In this document: positions 47,055-57,169 of the stretch, piece after piece
Layout: every line of letters starts with the position of its first letter
How positions within the stretch are numbered: the stretch's first letter is position 1
Source: Bacteroidota bacterium
GTDB taxonomy: Bacteria > Bacteroidota > Ignavibacteria > UBA10030
Length of the DNA stretch: 64,000 bases
Direction: 5' to 3'
NCBI GenBank assembly: GCA_049644265.1
Contig: JBARRO010000139.1
Span: 5,462 to 69,461 of the forward strand
Position numbers and translations under genes: made by a program
Notes under the pieces: model-generated
Seen by the model: only the letters and a program-made list of their open reading frames with translations
Told to the model about the DNA's origin: nothing
Databases searched by the model: none

Positions 47055-47858
47055 TCAAGAGCTGCCGAATGCGGGGAAGATCAGCTGTTCGATCTTGGTC
47101 GCCTTTCCGGTCTCGGTATCAACCTGGATATACACCGCACACATACGGACGTCGTGTTCGGCCATTTCGAACTTGTAGGGAGTCTGGTGCTGAAAGCGCT
47201 TGATCGCTATCTCTTTTTTCATGCCGATGACAGAATCGTAGGGGCCTGTCATGCCGACGTCGGTAATGTACGCAGTGCCGTTGGGAAGAATCCTTGCGTC
47301 TGCGGTCGGAATGTGGGTGTGTGTGCCCACGACAGCGCTGACGCGTCCGTCAAGATGCCATGCGAGCGCCATTTTTTCCGCCGTGGCCTCCGCGTGCATG
47401 TCTATAAAGATAACCTTCGTATCGTTGGCGATCTTGCTGACAGCCCAATCTGCGGAACGGAACGGGTCGTCAATCGTCTGCATGTAGGTTCGTCCCTGCA
47501 GATTGATGACGCCCACTCTGCCCTTCTCTTTCAGGTCGTAGACGATGAATCCAAAGCCCGGATTTTCTTTCGGATAGTTGAGCGGCCGGAGAAGGTTTCG
47601 CTCTTTTGCAAGAAGTGGCTTAATCTGCCAACGGTCCCAAATGTGGTTTCCAGACGTGATGACATGAACGCCGAGACCAAACAGGACCTTCGTTTCCTCT
47701 TCGGAAATGCTTTTCCCCTCATTGACGTTCTCGCCGTTCGCGATGCAGAAGTCGATTTCGTACTTCTGGAGGTATTGCTTGAGCATCATCGAAACGAGAT
47801 TCATCCCGGGTTTCCCGTTGATGTCGCCAACAAACAGAATATTGAGGAGTTTGGACAA
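47055..47858 (-). CDS. YmdB-like metallophosphoesterase (TIGR00282 family)
   Basis: 267 aa. Motifs FVGDINGKPG, GNHIWD, GTHTHIPTAD. Confidence 0.8.
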   Translation of the reverse strand: MSKLLNILFVGDINGKPGMNLVSMMLKQYLQKYEIDFCIANGENVNEGKSISEEETKVLFGLGVHVITSGNHIWDRWQIKPLLAKERNLLRPLNYPKENPGFGFIVYDLKEKGRVGVINLQGRTYMQTIDDPFRSADWAVSKIANDTKVIFIDMHAEATAEKMALAWHLDGRVSAVVGTHTHIPTADARILPNGTAYITDVGMTGPYDSVIGMKKEIAIKRFQHQTPYKFEMAEHDVRMCAVYIQVDTETGKATKIEQLIFPAFGSS

Positions 47859-47956
47859 TTGTTCTCCGATTTGAAAGGATTTTCGGCAGTTAACGATGAA
47901 CAGCTGGCGCCGTTCAATATAGAGGAAAAAGGAGTGAAAGAAAAGGAGATGCTACT

Positions 47957-48985
47957 CTACTGCGATTCCAACGCCTTCCGGTAAGCGTCTCTGAGTTTTA
48001 TTGCGGCGTTCTTCCACGAAAACTCGTTCTTGAATTTCTCCCGGAGTCCGGTCCCTCGGTCTTTTTCCAGAGCCCGGACGATTCCGCCGCGAATGTCCTC
48101 GACGTAATTCGGATCCACGTATTCTGCATCTGAGCCAAAGTAATCCCGCGTTCCGCCGTTGGGCGTAATCACAATGTTGGCCCCGGCAAGTCCCGCCTCG
48201 AGTGCGGCGATACCGGGAGTTTCAAAGATGGAGGGAAGCGCAAACACTTTGGCCGCAGCGTATGCCGAAGCGAGAAGCGGTGAATCATGAGGAATGCTTT
48301 CGAGAACCGTCAGACGGGGATTTCGCTTTGCCTGTTCCATGCATGCACGGCCTGCCTCCGATTGCTCAATTCTGCCTATGATGACGGCGGGAATTTCTAC
48401 AGACTCCAGCGCTCGCAGGAGTCGGAAGACATTTTTGCGTGCAGGACCCACATGTCCGACATTCAGAACAAAATTCTCGGTCCCGTACTTCTTCTTAAAA
48501 AGACCGGGCTTTGCACTGTAGAATCTTTTCTCTATACCAACCGGCACAACGGTGAGGGATTCCTTTGAAACTCCGAAGCCGTTGGAAAACAGCGTCGCCT
48601 CTGCCTGCGTCGTGGGGAACACCGCCTTCGCCCATTGACATATCTCTGCCATGATGCCATAGTCGGTCCAGAAACCTGGAAGGAACTTTCTCAACGACCT
48701 GTCTCCCGCAATCGCCATCCGTACGAAAGCGCCCGAATGGCGCGTGTAGAAGATCGGGGTCACAACGGTGGGAACGCCGTTGAGCTTCAGCATGCGAGCC
48801 AGGTGGTATGTCCCGATGCCAGCACTAAAGATGTGCACAAGGTCAAATTCGCCCTTCTTAAATTCCTGCCAGGAATCAAACAAGGCGACCTTCACGCCGA
48901 GATTCTCCAGCTCCACTTTTGTCTGGAGGATCTGAGTGCGGGGGCCTCCCTTCAGCATCATGATAGATTGATAAGAGGCGAGGCA
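47957..48985 (-). CDS. Family-4 (GT-B) glycosyltransferase
   Basis: True ATG at 48985 (MNICLASYQ). The 151-codon upstream part of ORF 47957-49438 runs into repeat DNA. C-terminal motifs EGLP/ETPGIAALEA are absent in classic form, but the GT4 fold is recognisable. Confidence 0.7.
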   Translation of the reverse strand, partial: CLASYQSIMMLKGGPRTQILQTKVELENLGVKVALFDSWQEFKKGEFDLVHIFSAGIGTYHLARMLKLNGVPTVVTPIFYTRHSGAFVRMAIAGDRSLRKFLPGFWTDYGIMAEICQWAKAVFPTTQAEATLFSNGFGVSKESLTVVPVGIEKRFYSAKPGLFKKKYGTENFVLNVGHVGPARKNVFRLLRALESVEIPAVIIGRIEQSEAGRACMEQAKRNPRLTVLESIPHDSPLLASAYAAAKVFALPSIFETPGIAALEAGLAGANIVITPNGGTRDYFGSDAEYVDPNYVEDIRGGIVRALEKDRGTGLREKFKNEFSWKNAAIKLRDAYRKALESQ

Positions 48986-49014
48986 GATGTTCATGGGGAG
49001 GTAGCGGTTAGCAG

Positions 49015-49140
49015 GTGAATCATGAGTGAAAAGTGAAAGGTGAATAGTTAGAGCGTATATCGCACTTTGAACATTGAACTTTAAACTCGAAACTTCAAAC
49101 TCTAAACTCCAAACTATCTCCCACCTTACCCTCGCCCCAA
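49015..49140. repeat. Composite element in inverted orientation: (GTGAA)n...(AAACTC)n
   Basis: gtgaaaagtgaaaggtgaatag...gaactttaaactcgaaacttcaaactctaaactccaaact is the reverse complement of the 36752/56187 architecture. Confidence 0.7.
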
Positions 49141-50700
49141 CCGCCTCCTCCCCAATCTCATCATTCCCGAAACGGCATCCACCGTTTTCGTCAACGGTAT
49201 CCGGTAGTTGAACTTCCGGATTCGAGCGTAGTCGTCGGGGAACTGGACCGTCATCGGGTCTTTTTTCCAAAACAGTGAATCGAGGTGAATTTCCTTTCGC
49301 ATCGGCGAAAATGCTTCCGTACCGTCCGCTTTGGAGATGCGCAGCCAAACAGACTCCTTCGGCGGATCGCCTCCCGGAATGAGGATGGACCCTTTCAACG
49401 TCATTGTTGATCCGATGCTGCTCCGCTCCTTCCACCATGAAGCGTACGTGTGCATTGGGACAAGCGAAATACGCGCCTGTTTTATTGCGGCGAACAGATG
49501 TTCCAGAACTGCCGGATGTCCGTCTTTTGGATGATGATAGAAAATCATCGGGTCCCGCATGGCAAGCTTTTGCGCAACCACAAAGTCAAAATAGCTCTTC
49601 ATCTGTTCTTCAAAGTATCCCTGTCGCCGCAGGCTTCCGATGCAGATTGGGTGGACCGGAACCTGAAGGGACTTTGACCATTCACCGTGAAGAAGCGGGA
49701 AAGAAGGGAAATTGTCATGATCGTACGAGAACTCCGAAGAATACTCAAAGCCCGCCATGAGAATCGCCCTGCCGAGGTCGTTGTTCCAGACTCCGAGTGG
49801 CGCAGCAAATCCCTTCGCCGTCAACCCTTCGCGCTCAAATATCTTCATTGCCTGCCGGATGTTCTTCTCGTTCCCCCCGTAATCGTCAAACACCTTGTGC
49901 TCGAAGCAATGAATGCCGATTTCCTGCGACTCCATGCGCTTAAACATCGAAAGGAACAGCTGCTGACTCCCGACGTCGACAAACCAGGTGGCCGGAATGC
50001 CGTGCTTTGTGGTAAGCTGAAAGAGCTCATCGATTTCCGAGGGGCTCCCGTAATCGGTGTCGATGCGGAATGCGAACACCGACCGCGCTTCGCCCGGGAA
50101 ATACCAGCGGTGGGCATATGGCAATCCCCTCCGGTGATGAAGAACCTCCAGCGAACGCGAAACCAGCCTTCGCAGACTTCCTTTCGAGACATTCGAAACA
50201 CGTTCGAACGGCAGGCGGGGCTCAGGCGAGTAGAACGATTTCGTTGCAGCGGCGGTGTCCATCACCAGCCGGGCTGGGTCGAACGGCAGCGCCATGATGG
50301 TGCCGGGCTCGTGGGCGCCGATGTGACCCGAATAATCTCCGCTGTCGGTGCGAAGCTCGTTGGCGTTCCAGGCAAGCTGACACCGCTCACGAACATCGAT
50401 GAGTCCTATTCCTGAAAACAATGATTCACGGTCGGGTAGAATGTAATGAATGTATTCGCGTTCGTACGTCGATTGCCGGATTCGCGCGTACACTTTCGAT
50501 GAACACAAAACAGCGCCGCCGAGCGCCAGGAACTGGCGCAGCATTTCCGATTCCCGGTCGTCGACATCATCGCCCGCGACAAGAACGCTGTAGTTCTCCG
50601 CAGTCAGCGCCTCCTTGACGCGGTCGTACGGAACTCCCTCCTGTTGCAGCAGGAGTTCCCAGCCGCGGGGATCGCCGAGTATACCAACGCGAATATTCAT
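49126..50700 (-). CDS. Polysaccharide deacetylase (NodB-homology) family protein
   Basis: 524 aa. Central NodB-like region FRIDTDYG...HCFEH. Confidence 0.6.
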   Translation of the reverse strand: MNIRVGILGDPRGWELLLQQEGVPYDRVKEALTAENYSVLVAGDDVDDRESEMLRQFLALGGAVLCSSKVYARIRQSTYEREYIHYILPDRESLFSGIGLIDVRERCQLAWNANELRTDSGDYSGHIGAHEPGTIMALPFDPARLVMDTAAATKSFYSPEPRLPFERVSNVSKGSLRRLVSRSLEVLHHRRGLPYAHRWYFPGEARSVFAFRIDTDYGSPSEIDELFQLTTKHGIPATWFVDVGSQQLFLSMFKRMESQEIGIHCFEHKVFDDYGGNEKNIRQAMKIFEREGLTAKGFAAPLGVWNNDLGRAILMAGFEYSSEFSYDHDNFPSFPLLHGEWSKSLQVPVHPICIGSLRRQGYFEEQMKSYFDFVVAQKLAMRDPMIFYHHPKDGHPAVLEHLFAAIKQARISLVPMHTYASWWKERSSIGSTMTLKGSILIPGGDPPKESVWLRISKADGTEAFSPMRKEIHLDSLFWKKDPMTVQFPDDYARIRKFNYRIPLTKTVDAVSGMMRLGRRRLGRG

Positions 50701-52094
50701 GCCATCCGCCTTCCGAGTGCGAGGATTTCTTCCCTGGTTACCGCGCGGATCCCATAGACAGCTGCACCGTAGAACGCTGCCCCTCCCACCACCGCAATTG
50801 CAGCATGGAGGTTCGGAAATACGAGGAGAAGGGCCGCCATGGCTGCAGACGCGAACATGATCCGCACAACGGAATTTGGAGAAACAAGGGGCAGATAGTC
50901 AAGAAGTTTCTTTCTCATCAGCACGACTGTCACACCTTCCGAGAGAACAACCCCGAGTGCAGCGCCCGGAGCCCCGAACCAGCGAGTCAGGACAACGCAC
51001 AACACCGTATAGACCGCCGCGCTGACCGCCATGACTTTTCCGAACTCCTTTTCCTTGCGGAGCGCAAGCAATCCCGTCATATACACCGAATGCAGCATTG
51101 TCAGGAAGAAATACCAGACCATGACGCGAAAGACGAGAGCCGAGTCGGCGAACGCGCCTCCGAAGATGATCTCAAAGAGCTTCGACGCGAGCACCATGCC
51201 GCCGAGAGAGAGCGGAAGTCCCAGGAGTATGATCCACTTCATGGCCGTGGTCAGCGTCGATGAGAGCGCCTCCACGGATTCTGTGCGAAGTCTTACCGAC
51301 GCCGGGAGCAGCAGCGTCGCAACGATCCGGTCGATCATCAGAAGAAAGAAGACGAGCTTGCTTGCTGCGCTGAAGATGCCGACTTCAGATGCCGTAAAAA
51401 GAATTCCAAGAATGATGGGGGGAAGATTGATGCTGACGTGCGCAAGAACAAATCCGCTTCCCATCGGGAATGCCTGCTTCATCAGCGAGACCCATCGTGC
51501 AGGAGTCAACGATATCCGCAGCGGACCCTGCCGTCGTTCGTATGCCTTCCACATCAGAACCGCGGCAAGCATGTCGCCGACCGGTCCCGCAACCGCCGCC
51601 AGCATCAGATCGTTCACCGAACGGACAAATACGACCAGCACCAGGAGATAGAGGAGGGCCGAGGCGGTTCTCGCCCGTGAAAAAACAACCATTTCCTCCT
51701 TGCCTTGAAAATACCATTCCAGAAAGAGGGATTGAAAGAATGCAGCCGAACACGTAATAAGGATCAACCGTGCAACGACATCGTCCCGGAGAACAAAATA
51801 GCAGACCGCAAACAGAATTGCGAAGGCAGCCAGCGAATTGACGAGCCGAACGCCGAGGATTTCACCGACGAGAGTCGGGGAATCCATCCGGGCAATTTCG
51901 CGCGTTCCGAGGACGTGCAATCCCCCACTGCTCACCATGATGACATACGAAAGAACCGTCAACGCGAGACTGAGCGCTCCAAAACCGTACAACCCGATCG
52001 TGCGGGCCAGATACGCCACCGCGAGGAACCCCAGTAAGCGGCGGGCAACGTCGCTCAACAACAGCGACAGAAAATTCTTGGAGAGTCGCTTCAT
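50697..52094 (-). CDS. Wzx-type oligosaccharide flippase (MOP superfamily polysaccharide biosynthesis protein)
   Basis: 465 aa, about 12-14 TM. Overlaps both neighbours by 4 nt. Confidence 0.75.
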   Translation of the reverse strand: MKRLSKNFLSLLLSDVARRLLGFLAVAYLARTIGLYGFGALSLALTVLSYVIMVSSGGLHVLGTREIARMDSPTLVGEILGVRLVNSLAAFAILFAVCYFVLRDDVVARLILITCSAAFFQSLFLEWYFQGKEEMVVFSRARTASALLYLLVLVVFVRSVNDLMLAAVAGPVGDMLAAVLMWKAYERRQGPLRISLTPARWVSLMKQAFPMGSGFVLAHVSINLPPIILGILFTASEVGIFSAASKLVFFLLMIDRIVATLLLPASVRLRTESVEALSSTLTTAMKWIILLGLPLSLGGMVLASKLFEIIFGGAFADSALVFRVMVWYFFLTMLHSVYMTGLLALRKEKEFGKVMAVSAAVYTVLCVVLTRWFGAPGAALGVVLSEGVTVVLMRKKLLDYLPLVSPNSVVRIMFASAAMAALLLVFPNLHAAIAVVGGAAFYGAAVYGIRAVTREEILALGRRMA

Positions 52095-53095
52095 GCGGAG
52101 AGCTCGGTGATCAGTCGATGCAATCCTGATTCACGCAGCTTCTTTGCAAAGAGCTTCGCGGCCCGCGCACGAGCTCTGGAGCCGCGGGTTTTTGGCATCC
52201 GCAATGCCTTCTGGATTGCGGCTGCGAGCGAGGATGCGTCAGTCGAAGTGAGAATGCCGGTGTTTCCCACGGCATGGGAATTCCCTCCGACATCTGTCGC
52301 CACGGGGATGCACCCGCACAGCATCGCTTCACAGAGCGTGTTTGGCAACCCTTCACGACGGGACGGCTGGCAATAGACCTTTGCCCGCCGATACAAAGGG
52401 AGAAGATATGACCTGCGCAGTGGATCGAGGATGGTGACGTTGGGGGGAGCATCGAGATTCCGCGCAGCTTTCTTCCCCACGCCGACGACAAGAAACTGCG
52501 TTGAGCGGAGCTGACGGGCAGCCTGCATCAGGAGGTCGATTCCCTTCAGCCGCACACGCCGTTCGTCGTGCACGACCGCAACCGTCAGCACGAATGATTC
52601 CTTGCGGCCTTTCGGTTTCCAGAAGTCCGAGTCGTAGCCGGTCGGAAGAAAGCGGATATTGCGACCATCGTAGGCGGCAAGAGTTGTCGCGTCGTTGCGG
52701 AGGCTCTCATCGACCACGAGGACGCGATCGGCGTTCCGGAGAGCATAGCGAACGAGCGGAGCCTTCCACGGGCTGAGCCAGATTCCATAACCAAGTTCGG
52801 GCTCTTTTGCAACGTCCACGCCACCCACAACGATGACAGATTTCTTTCCGGAAATCCTGGCACACAGCACACCGACAAATGCATAGACAGACGCAAACCA
52901 GCAAAAGACGACATCGGATTGCGGGACACTCATCGCGATTCTGATGGCCTGAAGAATCCCATGACCGATGAGAGGTTTGACGGAATACCCGGCCGACAAT
53001 GTGTCGATATCGTCCTGGATGAACGGTGTGTGGAACGCTGAGAGAAAGAGAATGCGGGTGGAGGATTTCAGGCGTGTGCGGGAGTTTGGCGTCAA
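52091..53095 (-). CDS. Family-4 glycosyltransferase
   Basis: 334 aa. C-terminal PSRREGLPNTLCEAMLCGCIPVATDVGG is typical of GT4. Confidence 0.8.
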   Translation of the reverse strand: MTPNSRTRLKSSTRILFLSAFHTPFIQDDIDTLSAGYSVKPLIGHGILQAIRIAMSVPQSDVVFCWFASVYAFVGVLCARISGKKSVIVVGGVDVAKEPELGYGIWLSPWKAPLVRYALRNADRVLVVDESLRNDATTLAAYDGRNIRFLPTGYDSDFWKPKGRKESFVLTVAVVHDERRVRLKGIDLLMQAARQLRSTQFLVVGVGKKAARNLDAPPNVTILDPLRRSYLLPLYRRAKVYCQPSRREGLPNTLCEAMLCGCIPVATDVGGNSHAVGNTGILTSTDASSLAAAIQKALRMPKTRGSRARARAAKLFAKKLRESGLHRLITELSA

Positions 53096-53119
53096 GGGCG
53101 GTTCTGGTCCTGATCGGGA

Positions 53120-53611
53120 TTATTCATCGACATTGACTTCAAACCTGACAACTTCAAACCCCTTGAGTGTATCGAGCACGCCAAAGACGACGCCGAAAAA
53201 CATCGTCACCATGCCTGTCAGGAACGAAGCGATGATGAAGTACCGGATGGGGAGCACGTTCACAAAGAAGTCGAGGCCGATTAACAACGAAGTGACTACA
53301 AAGAGACCGACGGCAAGAAAATAGCAGAACAAGGAGTTCCGCACAAGCCGTGCCCGGGAGAGGAGGCGTCCGATCTGCTTCGTGATACTTTCCAAACGCT
53401 GATTGTCGGCCGTTTGCAGCTCCTGTTTTCCGGCCTGATGGAGCAGCTTTCGTTTCTCTTCGTTGAGGATCCGAATCCGGTTGAGGATGGTGGAAAACTT
53501 GCTGCTGATGCCGAGGAGGAGAAGTCCGCACGCGCTGATCATGACTGCAGGAGCCAGAATCAGCTGGATAACCTGAATGACGGTGATATGATCGCTCAGT
53601 GATTGATTCAC
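53120..53611 (-). CDS. DUF2721 family membrane protein
   Basis: 163 aa, GTG start, three to four TM helices and a central amphipathic helix, as in DUF2721. Confidence 0.6.
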   Translation of the reverse strand: MNQSLSDHITVIQVIQLILAPAVMISACGLLLLGISSKFSTILNRIRILNEEKRKLLHQAGKQELQTADNQRLESITKQIGRLLSRARLVRNSLFCYFLAVGLFVVTSLLIGLDFFVNVLPIRYFIIASFLTGMVTMFFGVVFGVLDTLKGFEVVRFEVNVDE

Positions 53612-53614
53612 GAA

Positions 53615-53800
53615 TGTGTCAAATTAGGGAACACGAATGAACCGAATGCAACGAATCACACGAACGAGATATTAGTTTGTGAGTTTGTATGATTCGTGTC
53701 ATTCGCACGATTCGTGCAATTCGTGTTCCACGTATGGAACGAATGCCACAAATTAGACGAATAAGAAATTGGTTTGTGAGATTCGTGTTTCATCCTTCAA
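53615..53800. repeat. ACGAAT / ATTCGT word repeats forming a long imperfect hairpin
   Basis: Left arm ggaacacgaatgaaccgaatgcaacgaatcacacgaacg. Right arm gattcgtgtcattcgcacgattcgtgcaattcgtgttcc. Also tttgtgagtttgtatgattcgtg and ttggtttgtgagattcgtg. Confidence 0.7.
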
Positions 53801-53824
53801 TCCCTCTAATCCAACCAATCCTGG

Positions 53825-54826
53825 TTATGCTTTTTTCACCCTCCCCATCACAACCGGATTCTCTTTTTTCTTCTTCTTCAGCGCTGCGACGATCCGATCG
53901 ACATCACCGGGAGCAACGATGAGGATCAAACCGATACCAAGATTCAGTGTTCGTCTGAGGTCATCTTCAGGCACGCTGCCGGCGTGTTGAATGAACTTGA
54001 AGATTGCGGGGCGCTCCCAGGCATCCCAATCTATATCAAGTGCATATCCCTTGGGGACAACCCGCATGGTGTTTCCTTCAATTCCCCCGCCCGTAATATG
54101 GGACATGGCCTTAATCTTAAACTTCGAGAGGAGCGGATACACCATAGGGAAGTACGATCGGTGGATGGCGAGCAGAGCTTCGCCGAGTGTCATGCCCAGC
54201 TCTTTGACGCGATAGTCGAGGGGATACTTTTCAACCAGGACATGCCGTGCGAGGGAATAGCCGTTGGTATGCAGCCCGGAGGACGGCAACCCGATGAGCA
54301 CATCCCCTTCTTTTACGTTCTTACCGTTGATGATCTTTCTTTCGTCCACAACACCAACGATCGTTCCTGCGAGATCGTACTCCTCTCCCGAATACATCCC
54401 AGGCATTTCCGCGGTTTCACCGCCGACGAGAGCGCACCCGTTTTCCCTGCAGGCTTTGACAAAGCCCTTGACAACCTGTTCGGCAACATCGGGCGAGAGC
54501 TTTCCGGTGGCAAAATAATCCATGAAGTAGAGCGGCCTCGCGCCGCACACGAGGATGTCGTTCACGCAATGGTTCACAAGGTCCTGTCCCACCGTGTCGT
54601 GGCGGTTCAACGAGAAGGCGACTTTGAGCTTCGTACCCACGCCATCAACACTGCTAACGAGCACCGGCTTCCGGATTCCGTCGAACTGTGCCCGATAGAA
54701 AGAACCAAAAAGTCCTATATCGGAAAGAACGTTTTTGTTGAACGTCGAACGGATTGGTTTCTTGATGCGCCGCACAAGCTCCTCGCCTGCATCGATATCA
54801 ACGCCGGAGGATTTGTAGGTGGTCAT
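53825..54826 (-). CDS. purM: Phosphoribosylformylglycinamidine cyclo-ligase (AIR synthase)
   Basis: 333 aa. [17 protein letters not shown]-terminus and PurM N-terminal and C-terminal domains. Confidence 0.95.
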   Translation of the reverse strand: MTTYKSSGVDIDAGEELVRRIKKPIRSTFNKNVLSDIGLFGSFYRAQFDGIRKPVLVSSVDGVGTKLKVAFSLNRHDTVGQDLVNHCVNDILVCGARPLYFMDYFATGKLSPDVAEQVVKGFVKACRENGCALVGGETAEMPGMYSGEEYDLAGTIVGVVDERKIINGKNVKEGDVLIGLPSSGLHTNGYSLARHVLVEKYPLDYRVKELGMTLGEALLAIHRSYFPMVYPLLSKFKIKAMSHITGGGIEGNTMRVVPKGYALDIDWDAWERPAIFKFIQHAGSVPEDDLRRTLNLGIGLILIVAPGDVDRIVAALKKKKKENPVVMGRVKKA

Positions 54827-54834
54827 GGGAGGCT

Positions 54835-54925
54835 AAGTAGGTCGAGGTTGGTAAAGAGTAAAGTGTGAAGAGTAAAGAGTAAATGGTGAATAGTAAACAG
54901 GAAACCGTGAAGAGCGAACAGTAAC
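54835..54925. repeat. AGTAAAG / GTGAA word array
   Basis: ggtaaagagtaaagtgtgaagagtaaagagtaaatggtgaatagtaaacaggaaaccgtgaagagcgaacagtaactcgtgaac. Confidence 0.65.
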
Positions 54926-55128
54926 TCGTGAACTGACCGCTGAAGGCTGATCATGACCGCTAAAGTACTTTTTTTTCACTCGTTGAACAAGGGGAATAAC
55001 AATCAATTCACTCTCCTTTCCCCAATGATTCTTTCTCTCGCAATGAATGTTGTTCCAACGCAAGGACTTGTCTTGCCATTCTTGCCCTCCTTCTCTATAT
55101 TGATAGACCACATTTTTTCGAATTCCTC

Positions 55129-55794
55129 ATGCCCACTGTCAAACTCCAAAATTCACAGGAACAGATTCCCGTCGGCAAAATCCTTTGCATTGGACAGAAC
55201 TATGCGCAGCATGCGAAGGAAATGAAATCCGACGTCCCAACCTCACCCATATTCTTTCTTAAGCCACCGACGGCGATTGTTCGCAACGGGGGAACCGTTG
55301 TCCTTCCCTCCATTTCCAACGACGTTCACCACGAAGTCGAGTTGACGGTGCTGATCGGTGAAGGAGGAAAGGATATTCCGAAGGAATCCGCTCTGCGTCA
55401 CGTCGCGGGATATGGCGTCGGACTCGACATGACCATGCGGGACATCCAGGATCAGGCAAAGAAAAAAGGAATGCCTTGGACGCTTGCCAAGGGCTTCGAT
55501 ACTTCGGCGCCCCTATCGGAGTTCGCTCCCGCCTCGTCAATCAGAAACCCCAACGCTCTTGATATCCAACTCACCGTGAACGGAACAGTCCGGCAATCCT
55601 CCAATACAACGAACCTCATTTTCTCCGTCGAGACGCTTATTGCCTACATTTCCCGCTTCTTTACTCTAGAGCGGGGAGACGTCATTTTTACCGGGACCCC
55701 TGAAGGGGTTTCGCGTGTAAGCAAAGGGGATTTGCTCGAGGCCGTGCTGAAGGATGGCCGCGTTCTGGCTTCACTCTCCGTTAAGGTCGAATGA
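55129..55794 (+). CDS. Fumarylacetoacetate hydrolase (FAH) family protein
   Basis: 221 aa. KILCIGQNYAQHAKE and HHEVEL metal-binding region. Confidence 0.8.
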   Translation: MPTVKLQNSQEQIPVGKILCIGQNYAQHAKEMKSDVPTSPIFFLKPPTAIVRNGGTVVLPSISNDVHHEVELTVLIGEGGKDIPKESALRHVAGYGVGLDMTMRDIQDQAKKKGMPWTLAKGFDTSAPLSEFAPASSIRNPNALDIQLTVNGTVRQSSNTTNLIFSVETLIAYISRFFTLERGDVIFTGTPEGVSRVSKGDLLEAVLKDGRVLASLSVKVE

Positions 55795-56186
55795 ACTTTT
55801 CCAGTATTCTGCAGAAAATTCGGCAGTTTTTTTTCAACTACGAATATGCCCTTGTTGCCTGGCTTATCATCGGTCTCCTAGTTGCCGTTGGCATTTATTT
55901 GGGCATAGACAAGCATATTATCGGTGCCGTTGTCGTTCTCGTAGGGGTTCTCGGACAGGCGTTTGCCGCGCTGGTCGCCTGGATCGGTTTTGTGCCCTTT
56001 GTGGGTCCGATCATTGCAAAAGTCCTCTCTCTTCCGTTTATTTGGTTGTTGAATGGCATCGGTTACCTCGCCTCTCTCATCGCCATCAAACGCGGTTATT
56101 CCAAGGATGTTGTCAACTATAGAGTCATCACAGTGACTTTACTGGTGGGAATAACTATCGGCTATGTGGTTGGGAAGGTGATTTAG
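55791..56186 (+). CDS. Hypothetical 4-TM membrane protein
   Basis: 131 aa. ATGA overlap with the FAH gene. Confidence 0.5.
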   Translation: MNFSSILQKIRQFFFNYEYALVAWLIIGLLVAVGIYLGIDKHIIGAVVVLVGVLGQAFAALVAWIGFVPFVGPIIAKVLSLPFIWLLNGIGYLASLIAIKRGYSKDVVNYRVITVTLLVGITIGYVVGKVI

Positions 56187-56345
56187 GAAGAAGAGGTTTC
56201 GAGTTTGGAGTTTAAAGTTTCAAGTTCAAGGTTCAAAGATCAAGGTTTAAGGTGGTTCCCAGTTGCCAGATAACCGTTCACTGTTCACTTATCGCTTTTC
56301 ACTTTTCGCTTCTCACTATTCACTCTTCACTATTTACTTCTTCCT
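56187..56345. repeat. Composite element (GAGTTT)n-AAGTTCAAGGTTCAAAG-core-(TTCACT)n
   Basis: Core ggtttaaggtggttcccagttgccagataaccgttcactgttcac is nearly identical to 36826-36880. Confidence 0.75.
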
Positions 56346-56356
56346 TATAGCTCTCC

Positions 56357-57163
56357 ATGGGAAAGATCATCACCATAGCAATTCCTAAAGGCGGCGTCGG
56401 AAAAACGACGACGGCGGTAAACCTTGCCGCGAGCCTCGCCGTGTACGAGAAGCGGACGCTTCTCATCGATGCCGACCCCTTCGGCGCCTGCAGCATGTCG
56501 CTCGGCTTCACGCCAGAGAAGACGACCGCCGGACTCTTTGAGGTCTTCAACTTCATCCATTCAATGAGTCAGGTCATCCACCGCACCGAGCTCGCCTTCA
56601 TGGATTTTGTTCCTGCGAATGTGCGCTCGACACAGGCCGAAGAGCGGTTGATGCGGCTTGCCGAGAACCGGACGATGTTGAGGAACGTACTGCGCGCGGT
56701 GATTCCCCATTACGATTACATCATTATCGACACTCCCCCGTTCCTTCGCGGTTTGACGACCAATGCACTCGCGTGCTCCGATTCAATCCTGATTCCCATG
56801 AAGTCGGGACATTTTTCGCTCGAAGGTCTCGATAAGCTTTTCAAGTACATCGAGTGGATCCGCGAGGCGGCAAACAAGGATCTGCAGATCGAGGGTATAC
56901 TGCAAACGATGTATGAACCACACCTGAAGGTCACAGAGATTACCGACCGGGAGCTGCAGGTCCGGTTCCGGAAATATCTCATGAAGACCACCATCCCCAA
57001 GAATACGCACCTGACGGAAGCGCTCTTCTACGGAAGACCCTCCATCCTCTTCAACGCCACGTCGAAAGGAACGCTTGCGTACATGGAGCTGGCCCGCGAA
57101 CTCGTCGCACGTGAAGCCGAAGTAGCTCCAGCTCCCGCTATTGCCCAGGAACAATCGGCATAG
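56357..57163 (+). CDS. ParA/MinD-superfamily ATPase
   Basis: 268 aa. Deviant Walker A IPKGGVGKTTTAVNLA and Walker B IIIDTPP. Confidence 0.8.
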   Translation: MGKIITIAIPKGGVGKTTTAVNLAASLAVYEKRTLLIDADPFGACSMSLGFTPEKTTAGLFEVFNFIHSMSQVIHRTELAFMDFVPANVRSTQAEERLMRLAENRTMLRNVLRAVIPHYDYIIIDTPPFLRGLTTNALACSDSILIPMKSGHFSLEGLDKLFKYIEWIREAANKDLQIEGILQTMYEPHLKVTEITDRELQVRFRKYLMKTTIPKNTHLTEALFYGRPSILFNATSKGTLAYMELARELVAREAEVAPAPAIAQEQSA

Positions 57164-57169
57164 CCGGGA

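Noticed and set aside
48986-49438. 151-codon N-terminal extension of the GT4 ORF
   Set aside because: Encoded by word-repeat DNA and overlaps the next gene. The GT4 homology begins at MNICLASYQ (ATG at 48985).
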